This document shows positions 20,852 to 33,885 of a DNA stretch of 64,000 nucleotides, piece after piece. The notes beneath the pieces are model-generated. The model saw only the letters and a list, made by a program, of their open reading frames with translations, searched no databases and had not been told where the DNA came from. Origin of the DNA: Amoebidium appalachense. Its lineage: Eukaryota; Protista; Ichthyosporea. The stretch is from the NCBI GenBank assembly GCA_963693365.1, contig CAVNZM010000004.1, forward strand, positions 454,448-518,447, in the 5' to 3' direction. Position 1 is the first letter of the stretch; each line of letters opens with the position of its first letter. A program made the translations under genes and the position numbers.

Positions 20852-21560
20852 AGAGGGAGAGCGAGAGCGAGAGGGAGAGGGAGAGAGAGAGGGGGAGGGA
20901 GGGGAAAGAGAGGGGGGGGGGGGGGGGGGGGGGGGACGAGGAGAGAGAGAGAGACTGCATGCACGTGCCAGCACGTAATCGTCGGTCCGATGCGCATACG
21001 CAAGCACCCAACTACTCACGCACTGCACCCTAAGTCGCTACAGTGCCTGGATAAGTTCCGTAAGTGAAGGCTTGCTCTCAGTTCTTTCGCTACTCCTAGA
21101 CATCGTAAAGACCATTTCCTGCACAGGTATACAATCAAACCCTCTCTCCCCTCCACCCCCCCCCCCCCCCCTACTTCCTCCCATCTTAAAATGTCCAACT
21201 CAAATGCCCCTCCGTTCATCCCTCAAGAACTTCCCCGTCTCTCCCCACTTCCCTCCGTCCTTTACTCCCTTTCCCCTCCCGCCCCTCGCCCTCTCCCCCC
21301 CCCCCCCCTCCCTCCCTCCCTCCCTCCCTCTCTCCCACCTCCCTCCTTCCCTCTCTCTCTTCCCTGCGCCTCCCCCCTCGTTCTACCCACCCCCCACCCA
21401 CCATCTTCTTTATGAGGGTCTGCACTGGCTCTGACTTTAGTTCCTCCGCTCCGACCTGTGCAGCCACCTGCCTAAGTGCAGGGTGCCCTGCCTGTACCAC
21501 AGGTGTGCCCCCCAGTGTGGCACGCGCCACACGCCCAAGCGCACCCGCCAGCGACGTCAT
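18459..21560 (-). CDS. PDF: Peptide deformylase, probably mitochondrial, ~197 aa
   Basis: Exons 21402-21560, 20039-20276, 19383-19492, 18897-18960, 18459-18481 (last exon less certain). Three PDF motifs present: GYGLAASQ, EGCLS, HEMDH. Confidence 0.93.
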
Positions 21561-21754
21561 CCTCACTGCCCTGCCGCAGCGCCCTGCCCCCTGTACACGC
21601 GTAGTCAAAGTGTGTTGTGAATTTTGAGACGCTCCGTGACTGTGCATGCATATGCCTGCCAACGGCCTCTTCGCGTGTGTGCACGTGTGCATGCGTGGGA
21701 TGTGTCGGCCAGCAACGGGCGAAGATGGAATGCACATTCCCTTGTGCAGAAATA

Positions 21755-21793
21755 TCTGATTGGTTGCAAAGATATGCCTAAAAGCCAATCAGA
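21755..21793. promoter_or_regulatory. Inverted pair of CCAAT boxes in the PDF/TMEM120 divergent promoter
   Basis: TCTGATTGG ... CCAATCAGA in the 600-bp gap between head-to-head start codons; function inferred from the NF-Y consensus. Confidence 0.5.
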
Positions 21794-22160
21794 ACCTAGG
21801 AATGCTTTACTTGATTTCCATTGGGTGTCGTTGTGCCATATAACCAAATAAGGCAGTTGACCAAAAATCCGTGAAGATAGCCGGCTTGAAGCCCACAAGT
21901 AGAACTGGGCGGTCCGGGCCCGTCCAAGCCTTATTTTTCTGTGTGTGTTCTGACCATTCTTACCCATGTTTCCCCACACTCCATGTTTCACAAACTGAGA
22001 ATACAAGTTACCACGCGTCTTGGAGAGCATATGTGTGATATCCAGCCATTAATAGGGGCACATAGCAACGTTTCTATGATTCTCGTCCAGAAGATCTTTC
22101 ACTCATCCACACTGTCGACACCCTAACCCACCTAGTTAGTTTTTAGTTTCCACCTTCCTC

Positions 22161-23338
22161 ATGGCACCAGCAGAAGATGCCACCGACCCACCCAGTGTGG
22201 GGACAGCGGTCAGTTCGCGGTCTAGCCTATCCGTGCCTGGGCATAGTGAGTTGCCCAAGAGGGACAGTAGCTTTGGTAATCTTGGGAGTCTGAGGGTGCC
22301 TACAGCAATAGAGGGGACTGTGTATGAAGAAGAATGGGCAGCTCTGGATGGCACGTTTAGGAAATTGGACAAGCTGAGGAGGGAATACAGAGACGCGGCA
22401 CAGGACATGACGAGGAGGGAGGGCAGTCTTGCTGGTCAGCTGAAGACCTTTGGGAAGATTCTGAAGGTGCGTAGGGGTGTGCGTGTCTGTGGGTGGGTAG
22501 GCAGAGTTGAATAGGTGAAGAGAATTGAGCATAACAGTAAGGATTTCTGTGTTTTTTTTTTTGTAGTGTAATTGGGGGTGTATGACGCATGGCTATGCAC
22601 GCACAACGTGCAGGAACGCGTGCCTTATACGCACACAGCAAGCAAATGCACGGCCTACGTTCTGTTTTTATTCTCCAGTTCTCCAGAAACATACAGCAAC
22701 TACAATATGACTGTGTTGGCGCCCTTTGCGCCTTTGCTCATATGCCTTCCAACGCTTTTTTGTACGCACAGGGGAAGCCTCGTTGGGACTCATTCGTGCA
22801 CACCAACAAAGACAACTGTGCTCGTGTTGCAAAACTCAAGTACACACAACCACACATGGCTCACTTTATCGCACATGCACACACTCCTATACACTTGCAC
22901 ATAGCCACACACACATGGTGGCAGGTGTATGCCTTGCACAGATCTGGGCCGATGTGCCACTTATCTTGTCCTAGGCTGGTCATGTAAAAACCTCTGCGCA
23001 CACACCATGTGAACACGTACGTGTGAAAGCTATCATTGCTTTCTGGGGTGATTAGCTCTTCATCTGGTTTGGGTTCGTTGTATCAAAAAAGAATAGTGGC
23101 TCTCTGTGCCTACCTGCTACCCAGCCTCGAACCTCCCCCTCCCCTCCTCCCCCCCACAGCTGCAACATCTCTTCCTCTTCTTCGTCCCCGCCGTGCACAC
23201 TTGCCCACCATCCCAGTCCTCACCATGCACACTTCTGTGTTTACTGCAATGTTATTGAGGCCAAAGCCCTCTCGCTTGCTTTTTTTTACATCTTATGCGT
23301 CAACACACAGGTAACTGCGGCTCGCAATTCTCTTGACC

Positions 23339-23369
<31 letters not shown>

Positions 23370-23407
23370 CCCCCCTCCCCACCACCACCACCACCACCAC
23401 ACACACT

Positions 23408-23444
<37 letters not shown>

Positions 23445-23760
23445 ACACGAAGAGTGTGACCCCTGCTCCTCTCCCTTCCTTCTTGGAGTTCATACACTAC
23501 CGGGTAGTTCAGATGATTGACAACCAAGAAAACCAGACTGTATACTTGTTGCGCACGGTGGTGATGGATGGTTTTTGGAAAAAGAACGAGACGCACCCCC
23601 TTCCCCCCCCCCCCCCCCCCTCCCGCCCCCCACTTCCCGGCCCTGTACCGGAAGAGCGGCCACCTCCATGAGCGTGCTCACGCATTAAAAGATAGACCTG
23701 CGCACATACAGGCACGCACGCACACACACAGACACAGACACAGACAGACACACAGACGCG

Positions 23761-23805
<45 letters not shown>

Positions 23806-24063
23806 CACCTACCCACTGTCATTTCACCCCATCCCGTCAGCAGTTGTCTCTTGCCTACTCACTCCAACCTAAGCCCCAGAACCCCCTTCTCCCCCCCCCC
23901 CCCCCCCCCTCCCTCCCTCCCTCTCCTTTCCTACTTCCACATAACCGGTGGACGGAATTTCTCTGACTGCTCGATTAGCTTTCGATGATTTGTTCCTCCT
24001 TATAGTCCCCCCCCCCCCCCATCCTCCACCTCCCCTGGACCCCCTCCCCCCCTCCCCCCCCCC

Positions 24064-24095
<32 letters not shown>

Positions 24096-24346
24096 ACAGA
24101 CAGACAGACTCACACTTGACGGTTACTGTTACCAGTGTGTTATGGATATCCATTTGCCCTGCGTGACACCTTCTAACCTCACCTTCCCCTCCTTCACTTT
24201 TCTCCTATCCCCTAAACACACACACGCCTCACACATTCCAATATACACAAACCCACCTCACCCCAATTCCTACAGCCTTTTTTTCATTTCTCACATACAC
24301 AGACAAGCACACACACGCACACACAACACCCACACACGCACGCACA

Positions 24347-24408
<62 letters not shown>

Positions 24409-26074
24409 ACTTCGAAGAGCGGGTACGCAAAGACACAGCCCTGTCCTCCGACCCGCGATGGAGTGAGTTTATGGACGGGCTAGCCGAAAAACGAAAACTC
24501 ATGTCGGAATTTGCAAAGCAACTACCGCAGAAAAACAGTTTTCTGCTGTCGCTAGCAGTCGGAGACATCAACGTAACCCTTCCCAAAATGGGCGACAGAT
24601 TGAAATACAAACACAGCTACGAACTATTTAAACTCAAAATGACATTTGTCGGTTTCGTTTTCACGTTTCTCCGGTTCATTCTCGACACATACACGGACCA
24701 GCAACTTCGAATCTTTGACGCACTTTTCCACGTGTTTCTCGCCTGGTACTTTTGCACCATTGTTCTTCGTGAGCACATACTCATAGCCAACGGCTCACAC
24801 ATTCGCCAGTGGTGGCTATGGCACCATTATCTCTCCATCGCCACCGCCGCAATAATCCTCGTGTGGCCTGATGGGGCCACATATCGCACGTTCTACCCGC
24901 GGTTCAATTTGTTTGCGTGTTTTGTTGGGTTTATCCAACTGTTGGAGTTCAACTATCAGCGCCACCGCATGTACACACTAAGGGCACTGGGGAAGACTGA
25001 CGCTATGGATCTGCCCTCTGAGGGTGTGCAGGTGAGAGTCTCCCCCCCCCCGTGTTCCGCATTCAAACCCCCCCCCCCCCCCTCCCCCCCCCCCCTCCCA
25101 CCCCCCTCCCACCCCTCCTGCTCCCCTTTTCATCACTTCAACAAGGAAAAGGAAAAAGAAAACCCCGTTACCCAAACCCTGATATCGGTGCATGGCTCGT
25201 TAGTATTGCTCTGCGCAAATCAGTCAGTGTGCTGTACCACGTCTTTGTTGTTTGTCTACGCTTGAAAACTGCATAACCCACGGACGTCCCTTGTGTCGTG
25301 CATCTGTAAGCACATACACATTTTTCGCTGCACTGCATTAGTTTGCACACACGTCTTCAGCATTTTGCTCACCTTGCTTGCATAGCAACCCTGCTCGTCT
25401 TTGATCAAGACGGGTTGGCCCTCCCAAGTTCAGTTGATGCTGCTGTCTGAGTTGGAGAGTCATATATACGCGGGCTAAGGGGTCGAAACTCAGACGCAAT
25501 TGATGACTTGGGCCCTCCCTGAGGATGGGCTCTGCTTATGATGCATACTGTGCGCATGGCTGATGTTGCATACTTGAATGTTTGCCTTTGCATGTGTCCT
25601 GCACCATGCTTCTCATCGTGTATGCGTACTTCGTACCGTGTTCCGCATTCAACCCCCCCCCCCCCCCCCCCCCCCCCCCTCCCGGTGCCCGGGTGCAAAT
25701 GCATACTCCGACCTTTTCACGTGTCGTGCTCATTCAAGACAAATGCCCAGTCATAAGCTCTTCACTTTCATGTGTTTGCACTCCTTGCTGTGTGGTCCAC
25801 ATCAACCACCCCTCCGGGCCCTTCCCCCCCTCCCCCTCCTCACAAACACACACACACATCATTTCAATGTAAAATGTCTGGCTCTCCGTGTTCTGTTTGT
25901 GATATCTGTGTGCATCAATCAACGGCTGATTTAGGGAGTGTGCATGCCTGGGCACACCCTTGGTTGTGTGTTTGTACCGTGATTGGGGTTGCATGTGCGA
26001 GTGGTGTGTGGGTGGGTGGGGAAGAGGGTGGGTGTAGGTGCAGTATAAGGTGTGCATGTATGAAGGTGTCTGTC

Positions 26075-26172
<98 letters not shown>

Positions 26173-26305
26173 TGTGTGTGCTCTTCCTGAGGCGGTGGGA
26201 GGGGGAGGGGATGGGGAGGGTATGTGTGTGTGTGGGGAGAAGGAAGGGGGGGAGGGGTGTGTGCATAAGCAATGTATTTGTGATATTTTGTATCCTCTCT
26301 TGCTG

Positions 26306-26346
<41 letters not shown>

Positions 26347-26585
26347 TCCAGGTGCAGTGGAGCAGTGGGCTACCCCTCCTCCTCCCCTTCATCGTAGTGT
26401 GCCAGCTGTGGATCTGCTATGTGGCCTACGACCTGGCCACCCTCTCCATGTCTCCTATGTGCACGGAGTGGCACGTGCCTGCTCTGGCTGCTATCTTTGC
26501 AGTGCTAGCTGTAGGCAACATATACACAAACATCACTATTCTGATTAGGAAGAAGAAGAGGGGGGATGAGGTGAAGGTGGATTGA
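22161..26585 (+). CDS. TMEM120: TMEM120 (TMPIT/TACAN) family membrane protein, ~387 aa
   Basis: Exons 22161-22466, 24408-25031, 26352-26585, all phase 0. LPQKNSFLLSLAVGDINVTL, YKHSYELFKL, LREHILIANGSHIRQWWLWHHYLS, YQRHRMYTLRALG are family motifs. Confidence 0.93.
25292..25679 (+). mobile_element. Interspersed non-coding element ending GCATTCAA + poly-C, copy A (TMEM120 intron 2)
   Basis: About 360 bp closely similar to 35197-35559; 3' part also at 44073-44208; 18-nt stub at 25050-25067. Retroposon nature is inferred. Confidence 0.7.
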
Positions 26586-26830
26586 GGGGCATGCAGGGTG
26601 GTGGTGGTTGCTGGAGTTGACGTCTGTTTGCATTGGGGAAGGGTGGTTTGGTGTGTGTGTGCATGTCGTGGTGTTTGGTCTTCATGTTTGCAGGTTGGTG
26701 GTTGGTGCTAGTGGCAGCACGGTGCACGTGCAGCAAATATGAGCATAGGTTGGGCTGGCGGGGAGGGGGGGGGTGTTGGTGAGGCATGTGTGGAAGCTAC
26801 TCAGTTTAGATGGTCTCACCGGGCGGGCGG

Positions 26831-26875
<45 letters not shown>

Positions 26876-27021
26876 CTGACTCGAAGGTAGTGGGTGACGG
26901 TGAACATTTCCGTACAGGGAATATTATCGAGGCAGATGTGTTTTGTTGTCTGGGTGTAGGGCAGAAGATACTGCACACTACCATTGATTCCAAGAGTGTC
27001 TGTTGTTGTTTTTATTTTGGG

Positions 27022-27062
<41 letters not shown>

Positions 27063-27336
27063 TTTATCTCCGCGCAAGGGTAGACTAGGCGGGTCGGTAT
27101 GACATCAACATGTAGCCTTAGAATTGTTCGACTTTGAACAGCACACTGGGCCTGTGGCTCAAAAGTTAGCGTTCCATGGGGGTATTTCGGTATAATAGTC
27201 ATTGATGATTTTAAAGTTGAATATAAAAGCAACACTCACTGCAATGCACCTTACATGGCATATGGAGACAAACAGGTGTACGGCCAGGGTGTTTTTATTA
27301 AGCTGTTATCTGCCCCTGCGCATGCTGCAGCCCACA

Positions 27337-28211
27337 TACGTACATGAACACCAGCTATACCTGGGTCAATGGAAGCTGAGCACATGTGCACGGTATATTG
27401 AACTCTTACGTACATGAACACCAGCTATACCTGGGTCAATATTAATGGAAGCTGAGCACATGTGCACGGTATATTGAACTCTTACGTACATGAACACCAG
27501 CTATACCTGGGTCAATATTAATGGAAGCTGAGCACATGTGCACGGTATATTGAACTCTTACGTACATGAACACCAGCTATACCTGGGTCAATATTAATGG
27601 AAGCTGAGCACATGTGCACGGTATATTGAACTCTTACGTACATGAACACCAGCTATACCTGGGTCAATGGAAGCTGAGCACATGTGCACGGTATATTGAA
27701 CTCTTACGTACATGAACACCAGCTATACCTGGGTCAATGGAAGCTGAGCACATGTGCACGGTATATTGAACTCTTACGTACATGAACACCAGCTATACCT
27801 GGGTCAATGGAAGCTGAGCACATGTGCACGGTATATTGAACTCTTACGTACATGAACACCAGCTATACCTGGGTCAATATTAATGGAAGCTGAGCACATG
27901 TGCACGGTATATTGAACTCTTACGTACATGAACACCAGCTATACCTGGGTCAATATTAATGGAAGCTGAGCACATGTGCACGGTATATTGAACTCTTACG
28001 TACATGAACACCAGCTATACCTGGGTCAATATTAATGGAAGCTGAGCACATGTGCACGGTATATTGAACTCTTACGTACATGAACACCAGCTATACCTGG
28101 GTCAATGGAAGCTGAGCACATGTGCACGGTATATTGAACTCTTACGTACATGAACACCAGCTATACCTGGGTCAATGGAAGCTGAGCACATGTGCACGGT
28201 ATATTGAACTC
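27337..28211. repeat. Tandem array of 12 units of 70 or 76 bp
   Basis: TACGTACATGAACACCAGCTATACCTGGGTCAAT[ATTAAT]GGAAGCTGAGCACATGTGCACGGTATATTGAACTCT; order S-LLL-SSS-LLL-SS. Confidence 0.97.
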
Positions 28212-28775
28212 ATACAGCGCTGTGGCATGCACATACATGTACACCGGTATAGAGAGCCCATGGTTGCCATGCCACGAACGCGCACTGCACACAGTTTGGC
28301 CCCCACCCGGCCCCGTGTGCTGCCCAGTACATATTCACGAAGTTACTTGGCGTTTCCTATGTGCATGTGCACAGGCAAGTGCGTGGGTTTGTAGGTTGCA
28401 GCGCAATGGTGGTCCACCGGTGGTGGTGGGCAGCTGCAGGAGGGCGGGGGGCCCCGGGGAGGGGGGGGAGGGGGGGGCCACAGGCATGTGTGTGTGCCTG
28501 TGTTGGCCTTTCATATCTGGGCGTGGATCCGGAAATTTGTCAGGTTTCCTATTTCGGGACAGCAGGCCAACCTGCCATTCATTGGCTGCATGTCATGCAT
28601 TGTATGTACAGCACCACAGGCTCTGCCTGTGTGCATATCACGTGACCCATACGGCTGCCAGCAAGGGTACGCAGCCACGTGCACTACCACTAATATAGCC
28701 AAATTCTTCAACCCATAATACAACCTAAGCTAATACAAACCCCCGCCTCCAGCAAACCAGTACCGAGGTGGCATA

Positions 28776-28812
<37 letters not shown>

Positions 28813-28849
28813 CCCCTCCCCTCCCTCCCATATATCCCGTGCTAGCCCC

Positions 28850-29419
28850 CTAGCACTTGCGGACCACCCCCTCCTGCATGAGTTTGCCCTTAGTGTCCAC
28901 CAGCACATACTTCACACCCTGCCCCTCCTTCATCATCCTTAACTCCGCCTTGCCCGGCAAAAACGTCGGCCGCTTGTATGCTGCCGTACCCTCTAGGGGG
29001 AATGCAAGGTCTCCCTGTGTCTCGAGTGTGCGCTCACACGCGCCGTATGCACGTGCAGTGGTGTACATGCCGTGCGCAATAGCACGTGCAAACCCAAGCA
29101 GTTTGGCCGTGACAGCATACAAGTGGATGGGGTTATAGTCCATGCTCACGGCAGCATACTTTCTGCCCGTATCCTCAGCAAGAGACCATTCTTCCGTGGC
29201 TGTGGATTGTGCCGCTGTGAATGGCTCTGTTTCAGGTGGGGGGGCAGTGATCTCCTTCGTCTGCTTGTGCATGTGCAGGAAGGTGAGCACGGCCTCCCAC
29301 GGCTTGGTCCCTGCAGCATCCGTCACAAACATCTCGACGTCTACCTCCGTGCCTCGCTTGACTGGGCGCACGGCTGGCCGGACCTGGTGTTTGTGTGTGT
29401 GTGTGTGTGTGTGTGTGGG

Positions 29420-29452
<33 letters not shown>

Positions 29453-30425
29453 GGGGGTTGAGAACGTATGCATCAATAATGGTAGCTGGTGTGGCACCAA
29501 ACAGGCTGTTATGTCTTTACACCACCACGGCACCTAGCCACTGCTCTGCCATTTGTCTTCTTTTCACGAATTGTAAAAATTATTCCCTAGACACATCTGA
29601 CCATACATTCATTCTCCTTTTCTGCTCCCCTCACCCTACGAATCTCCCCGGGGGTACGTAACCACCGAAACACACACGTACACCCTACACAGCATGACGT
29701 TTGTATCGAAGGTTTTGTTGCTAGCAACAGGTGTATAAATGGCATGCAACAAAAGCATGTGTATGCACGCGTGTGTCTGTGAGTGCACATGGAAAGATTA
29801 AATCCGGTGGCGGTTTATGTTCCGCACAATAAACGGTGGTGGTAGTGGGGAGGGCGGAGGGGAAGGGGAGGGGGGAGGGAACAAACAAGCGAGGGGAGGA
29901 AGAAGGGGGTGACAAGGATGAGAGAGGAGTGTTGAGGAGAGTGAGGAACAAGATCCAGCAAACGCCTGGCAAAGGCCGTAAGTAGGGCACACACAGAAAA
30001 ATGGTGACTTCATGAGAGACCGTGCTCGTGTATTTGTGGAAGCGTGTATTTGTGGAAAGGGGGGGGGGGGGGGGGGGGGGGGGATTGCATAAGGACAAGT
30101 GAGCAAGTGTGGGTAAGTTGGTGGGTGTGCTCGGTCTGTGTAGTGTGTGAACGAAACACCATCCAACCACTCAACCACGGAGAGGACGAGGGGGAGGGGA
30201 AGGGGAAGAGGAGAGGTGTGTGCGTGTGTTTGTTGGGGGGGGGAGGGGGGGGGGGGGGGGTTACCTGGAGGTTGAGGGTAAGGGCCTCGTCAGCAAGCAG
30301 GGCACGAGTCTGCTTGAAGTAGTTCTTGACGTGCACGGCACCAAGCAGGGGGAAGGGGTAGTCGGGCTGGCTGAGAAAGTTCATGCACTCGGATATGCCC
30401 ACGGCCTCGATGAACAGGAAGGGGA

Positions 30426-30482
<57 letters not shown>

Positions 30483-30718
30483 GGTTGGGGCGGGGGGGGC
30501 ACGGAGGAGAAGGGGGAGGGGGGGGGGGGGGGGGGGCGGAGGAGGGGGATGGAAGAGAAACAATGACCGAGAGCAGGGGGTAGGAGGGGTTGTGTGTCTG
30601 TGTCTGTGTGTTAGAAGGGGAGGCGGCGGGGCGCGGGGGGAGTTGGCAGTGAGTTAGTAAACCATTTGACCGTTTGCAAAGTTGGTGTTGCCAAGGGATC
30701 CCTCCCCCCCCCCCCCCC

Positions 30719-30768
<50 letters not shown>

Positions 30769-31153
30769 ACTACCAGCACACCCACACATGCCAGTTCCCC
30801 CATCCTTGGCTCCCCGCTGACAACCCCACCCAGTATAGCACATTCTCCTGTGTCATACACACCAAGCATTCTCGATTCCTCAATGCACCATCCAGCACAA
30901 CCAGCCCCAAGGTTCCACCCCGTTCACTAACCCTAGCCCGCCCTTCGTACCTCGAGCTCAGGTTGTCATCATAACCCACATGTACCTCCGACCCAGGTAT
31001 GTTTTCGTCCTGATCCAAAACACACTTCGGCCTTGCACATGCACACACAACCACCCACCACCAACATCCCTTCACCTTCCACTTTCACCAAGAAGCATAC
31101 AAGCAAACACCTCTACGTCTCCCTCTCTCCCCCCGCCGCCCCCTCCCCCCCCC

Positions 31154-31188
<35 letters not shown>

Positions 31189-31686
31189 CTCCCACCCCCA
31201 ACCGCCCTGTGCAGCCGCCACCTTCCAATACGGCTCCCTATTTGAGAGTAGACTTGTTACAGTGAACCGAACTTCTTTCCCGACCCTTCCCCATAATTTG
31301 TGCGTGTCACGATGAAGCAGACAAAAGATAGATGCAAGTGGTAATGCATGTGTTACTTGAGTGTGTGTGCATGCTTTCGTTTCTGTAACATGAGGGGATG
31401 GGGTCACGGTCAGACACCGAGCAGTGCGTACCTGGCCAGCCTTCTCAATAGTGGGCAGCTTGCACACGGCAAAATACGAAGCCAGCTGCTCTGCATCCAC
31501 CTTAAAAGGGAGCTGCCGGGTCAGTGGCGGCAGCTTAAAGTCGTCTCTTTTCACTGCAGACTTCCACTGAGTCTTGTGCAGCGGCTGCACGCCCAGCTTG
31601 ACATAATGGAGGATGAACGAGAAGTAGCCGCGTGCATACAGCCAGATAAACACGGCTAGGACCGCGGCCAGCAAAGTGAACAGCAT
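28850..31686 (-). CDS. MaoC-like double hot-dog (R)-enoyl-CoA hydratase/dehydratase with N-terminal hydrophobic anchor, ~316 aa
   Basis: Exons 31432-31686, 30265-30426, 28850-29383, phase 0. Hydratase-2 motif YAAVSMDYNPIHL...AKLLGFARAIAHGM; FPLLGAVHVKN in the N-terminal half. Confidence 0.88.
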
Positions 31687-32122
31687 GCTGCCTAGTGCAA
31701 AGGCACACACAACACAGATACTTGCAAGTGTGAGTGAGGGTAAGAATCATGTGCGCTGTTTTCAAGGCGCCGCTCTTCGTAACACTTCTGTCTCGTAGTG
31801 TGGGTGCCCGGCTTTCACTTTATATCTGTGAGATATGCAAATGTAAGCGCTGATTGGTTGATCGTTGAGGCGTGGAGCGATCCCGACATTCCGAGATCCA
31901 AAACTTTCCAAATCTAAAAATTTGATCGGGTCGAGACCAAATTTCAGGATCGAGTCGAATCTCTGTACTTTTGGCTCGACCCAAAAGCAACCCCTCCGAA
32001 CCTCCGCGGCCCTCTGCCTGCGCGCCAGCGAGCTCTCTCCCTCCGCGGGCAGCAGTGCGCTGTGTGTGCTTGTGTGTGTGTGTGCGTGCCTGCTTTGCTG
32101 TGTGTAGAGAGCACCGACCAAA

Positions 32123-32998
32123 ATGAGTTACGCGTTGTCCACCGTGCGGTCCTCCAGCTCGGCCCAGGAGGCCCGCAGCCGCGTGCTGTCTCTTTACCGC
32201 GCGTGGATGCGCGAGGTGAGCCCCCCCCTCTCAACGCTCTCTCCGCCCTGCATCCCTGCCATAGTGAGCGTTTACAGGGCAGCCGTGGGGGTTGTTTCTC
32301 CTGTTTTTGGACTTTCTGTCGCTGCAGGAACGCGTGTTACGGTCTGCCTAGCCGTTTTTGCCTCGTTCTCTTGGCCGTGCCCTCCTCTCTCCCCTTCTTC
32401 CCTGGCTCACCTCCCCCCCTCCCCCCTCCCCCCCCCCCCCTTTCCCCTGCCTCCCATGCATACTCCATGGGTACCCACACACGCGCGCACGCCCACCCAC
32501 AGACAGTCAAACGCGCGCTTACAAACGCAAACTTATGCACGCACGCACGCGTTTGGGCATGCACGTGCTCGCGTGCACACACACATCAGCCTGCACATGT
32601 ACGGGTGCACGCTTGCGTCACTTACCGGCTTGCAATCAGGAACGCATACACACACAAGCACACATACATGTACGCGCGCACACAAACACGCACACAAACA
32701 CACACGTACACGCACACACGTACACGCACACACACACACACACACGAGACACACACTTCCACGCTGTGGTTGCACGCACCAACCTGAATCACCTCAATCC
32801 ACCCATACACAAGCACTCGTCGAGATGCAAGTGCACAAGCGCACAACTGTTACACACACACATGCAGAAACACTTTCGCCGCGCATATCCATGTGCCCAC
32901 ACACCCTGCTCGGTCACGGGTGAACACACATTCTCGGCCTTATGCATTTTTATAGGCTGTAGCTTTTTTTAATATGCATAACGTCTCAGGCACGCGCG

Positions 32999-33044
<46 letters not shown>

Positions 33045-33135
33045 ACTTGTGCAACATGTGACAAACACGCACGAACACATATGCACATGCGCAAGGCAGC
33101 GCACACGCACGTACACACACGCACACACGCACACG

Positions 33136-33189
<54 letters not shown>

Positions 33190-33691
33190 GCAGTGCACAC
33201 ACACAACCACACACACACACACATACTCACACACTCACACACACACACAACACACAACACGCATTCACACCTACCTGCACCCCTGCACACATAAGTGTTA
33301 CATCAAGTACATGCTGCGAGGCCTCGCTGCACTCTATATTGCCCTGGTTGGCTCTTTCGCGCTTTGACTCCAGTTTTAGGTGTGGTTGTAGGCCTCTAAG
33401 CATTTGGCCCAAACTAGTTGCTTAAGAGAGAGGGGAGGAGGCAGGAGAGAGAAGAGGGGGGGAGGGGGTGGTCTGGTGATAAATAACTACGTTAGGGTAA
33501 GGTTTCAATTCTGATGTGGATGGGGTAGTTGTGAAGGGTACCTTGGCTGTGTGTAGTGACTGACGGCAGACTGCAGACGCCAACCATCACAGACAAGTAT
33601 CAGCTGGATATCCCCATGTCCCAGGTGCGCGCCAAGATCAGAGAGGAGTTTAAGAAGAATGCACAGGTGGGTCCCCATGCACACACGCACG

Positions 33692-33770
<79 letters not shown>

Positions 33771-33817
33771 AATCAATCAATCATACACACACACACAAAC
33801 GCACACTCACTCGATCA

Positions 33818-33885
<68 letters not shown>

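Noticed and set aside
21030-21108. Possible extra PDF exon (EMVFTMSR...)
   Set aside because: Runs into a stop, and exons 1 and 2 already join to give a complete PDF.
25440-25530. Hammerhead ribozyme core (GAAAC, CTGAGGA) in the poly-C-ended element
   Set aside because: Core motifs are not arranged with the required stems, and CTGAGGA is altered in copy B.
27337-28211. Array as CRISPR or coding repeat
   Set aside because: No unique spacers; 70 and 76 are not multiples of 3 and frames hit stops.
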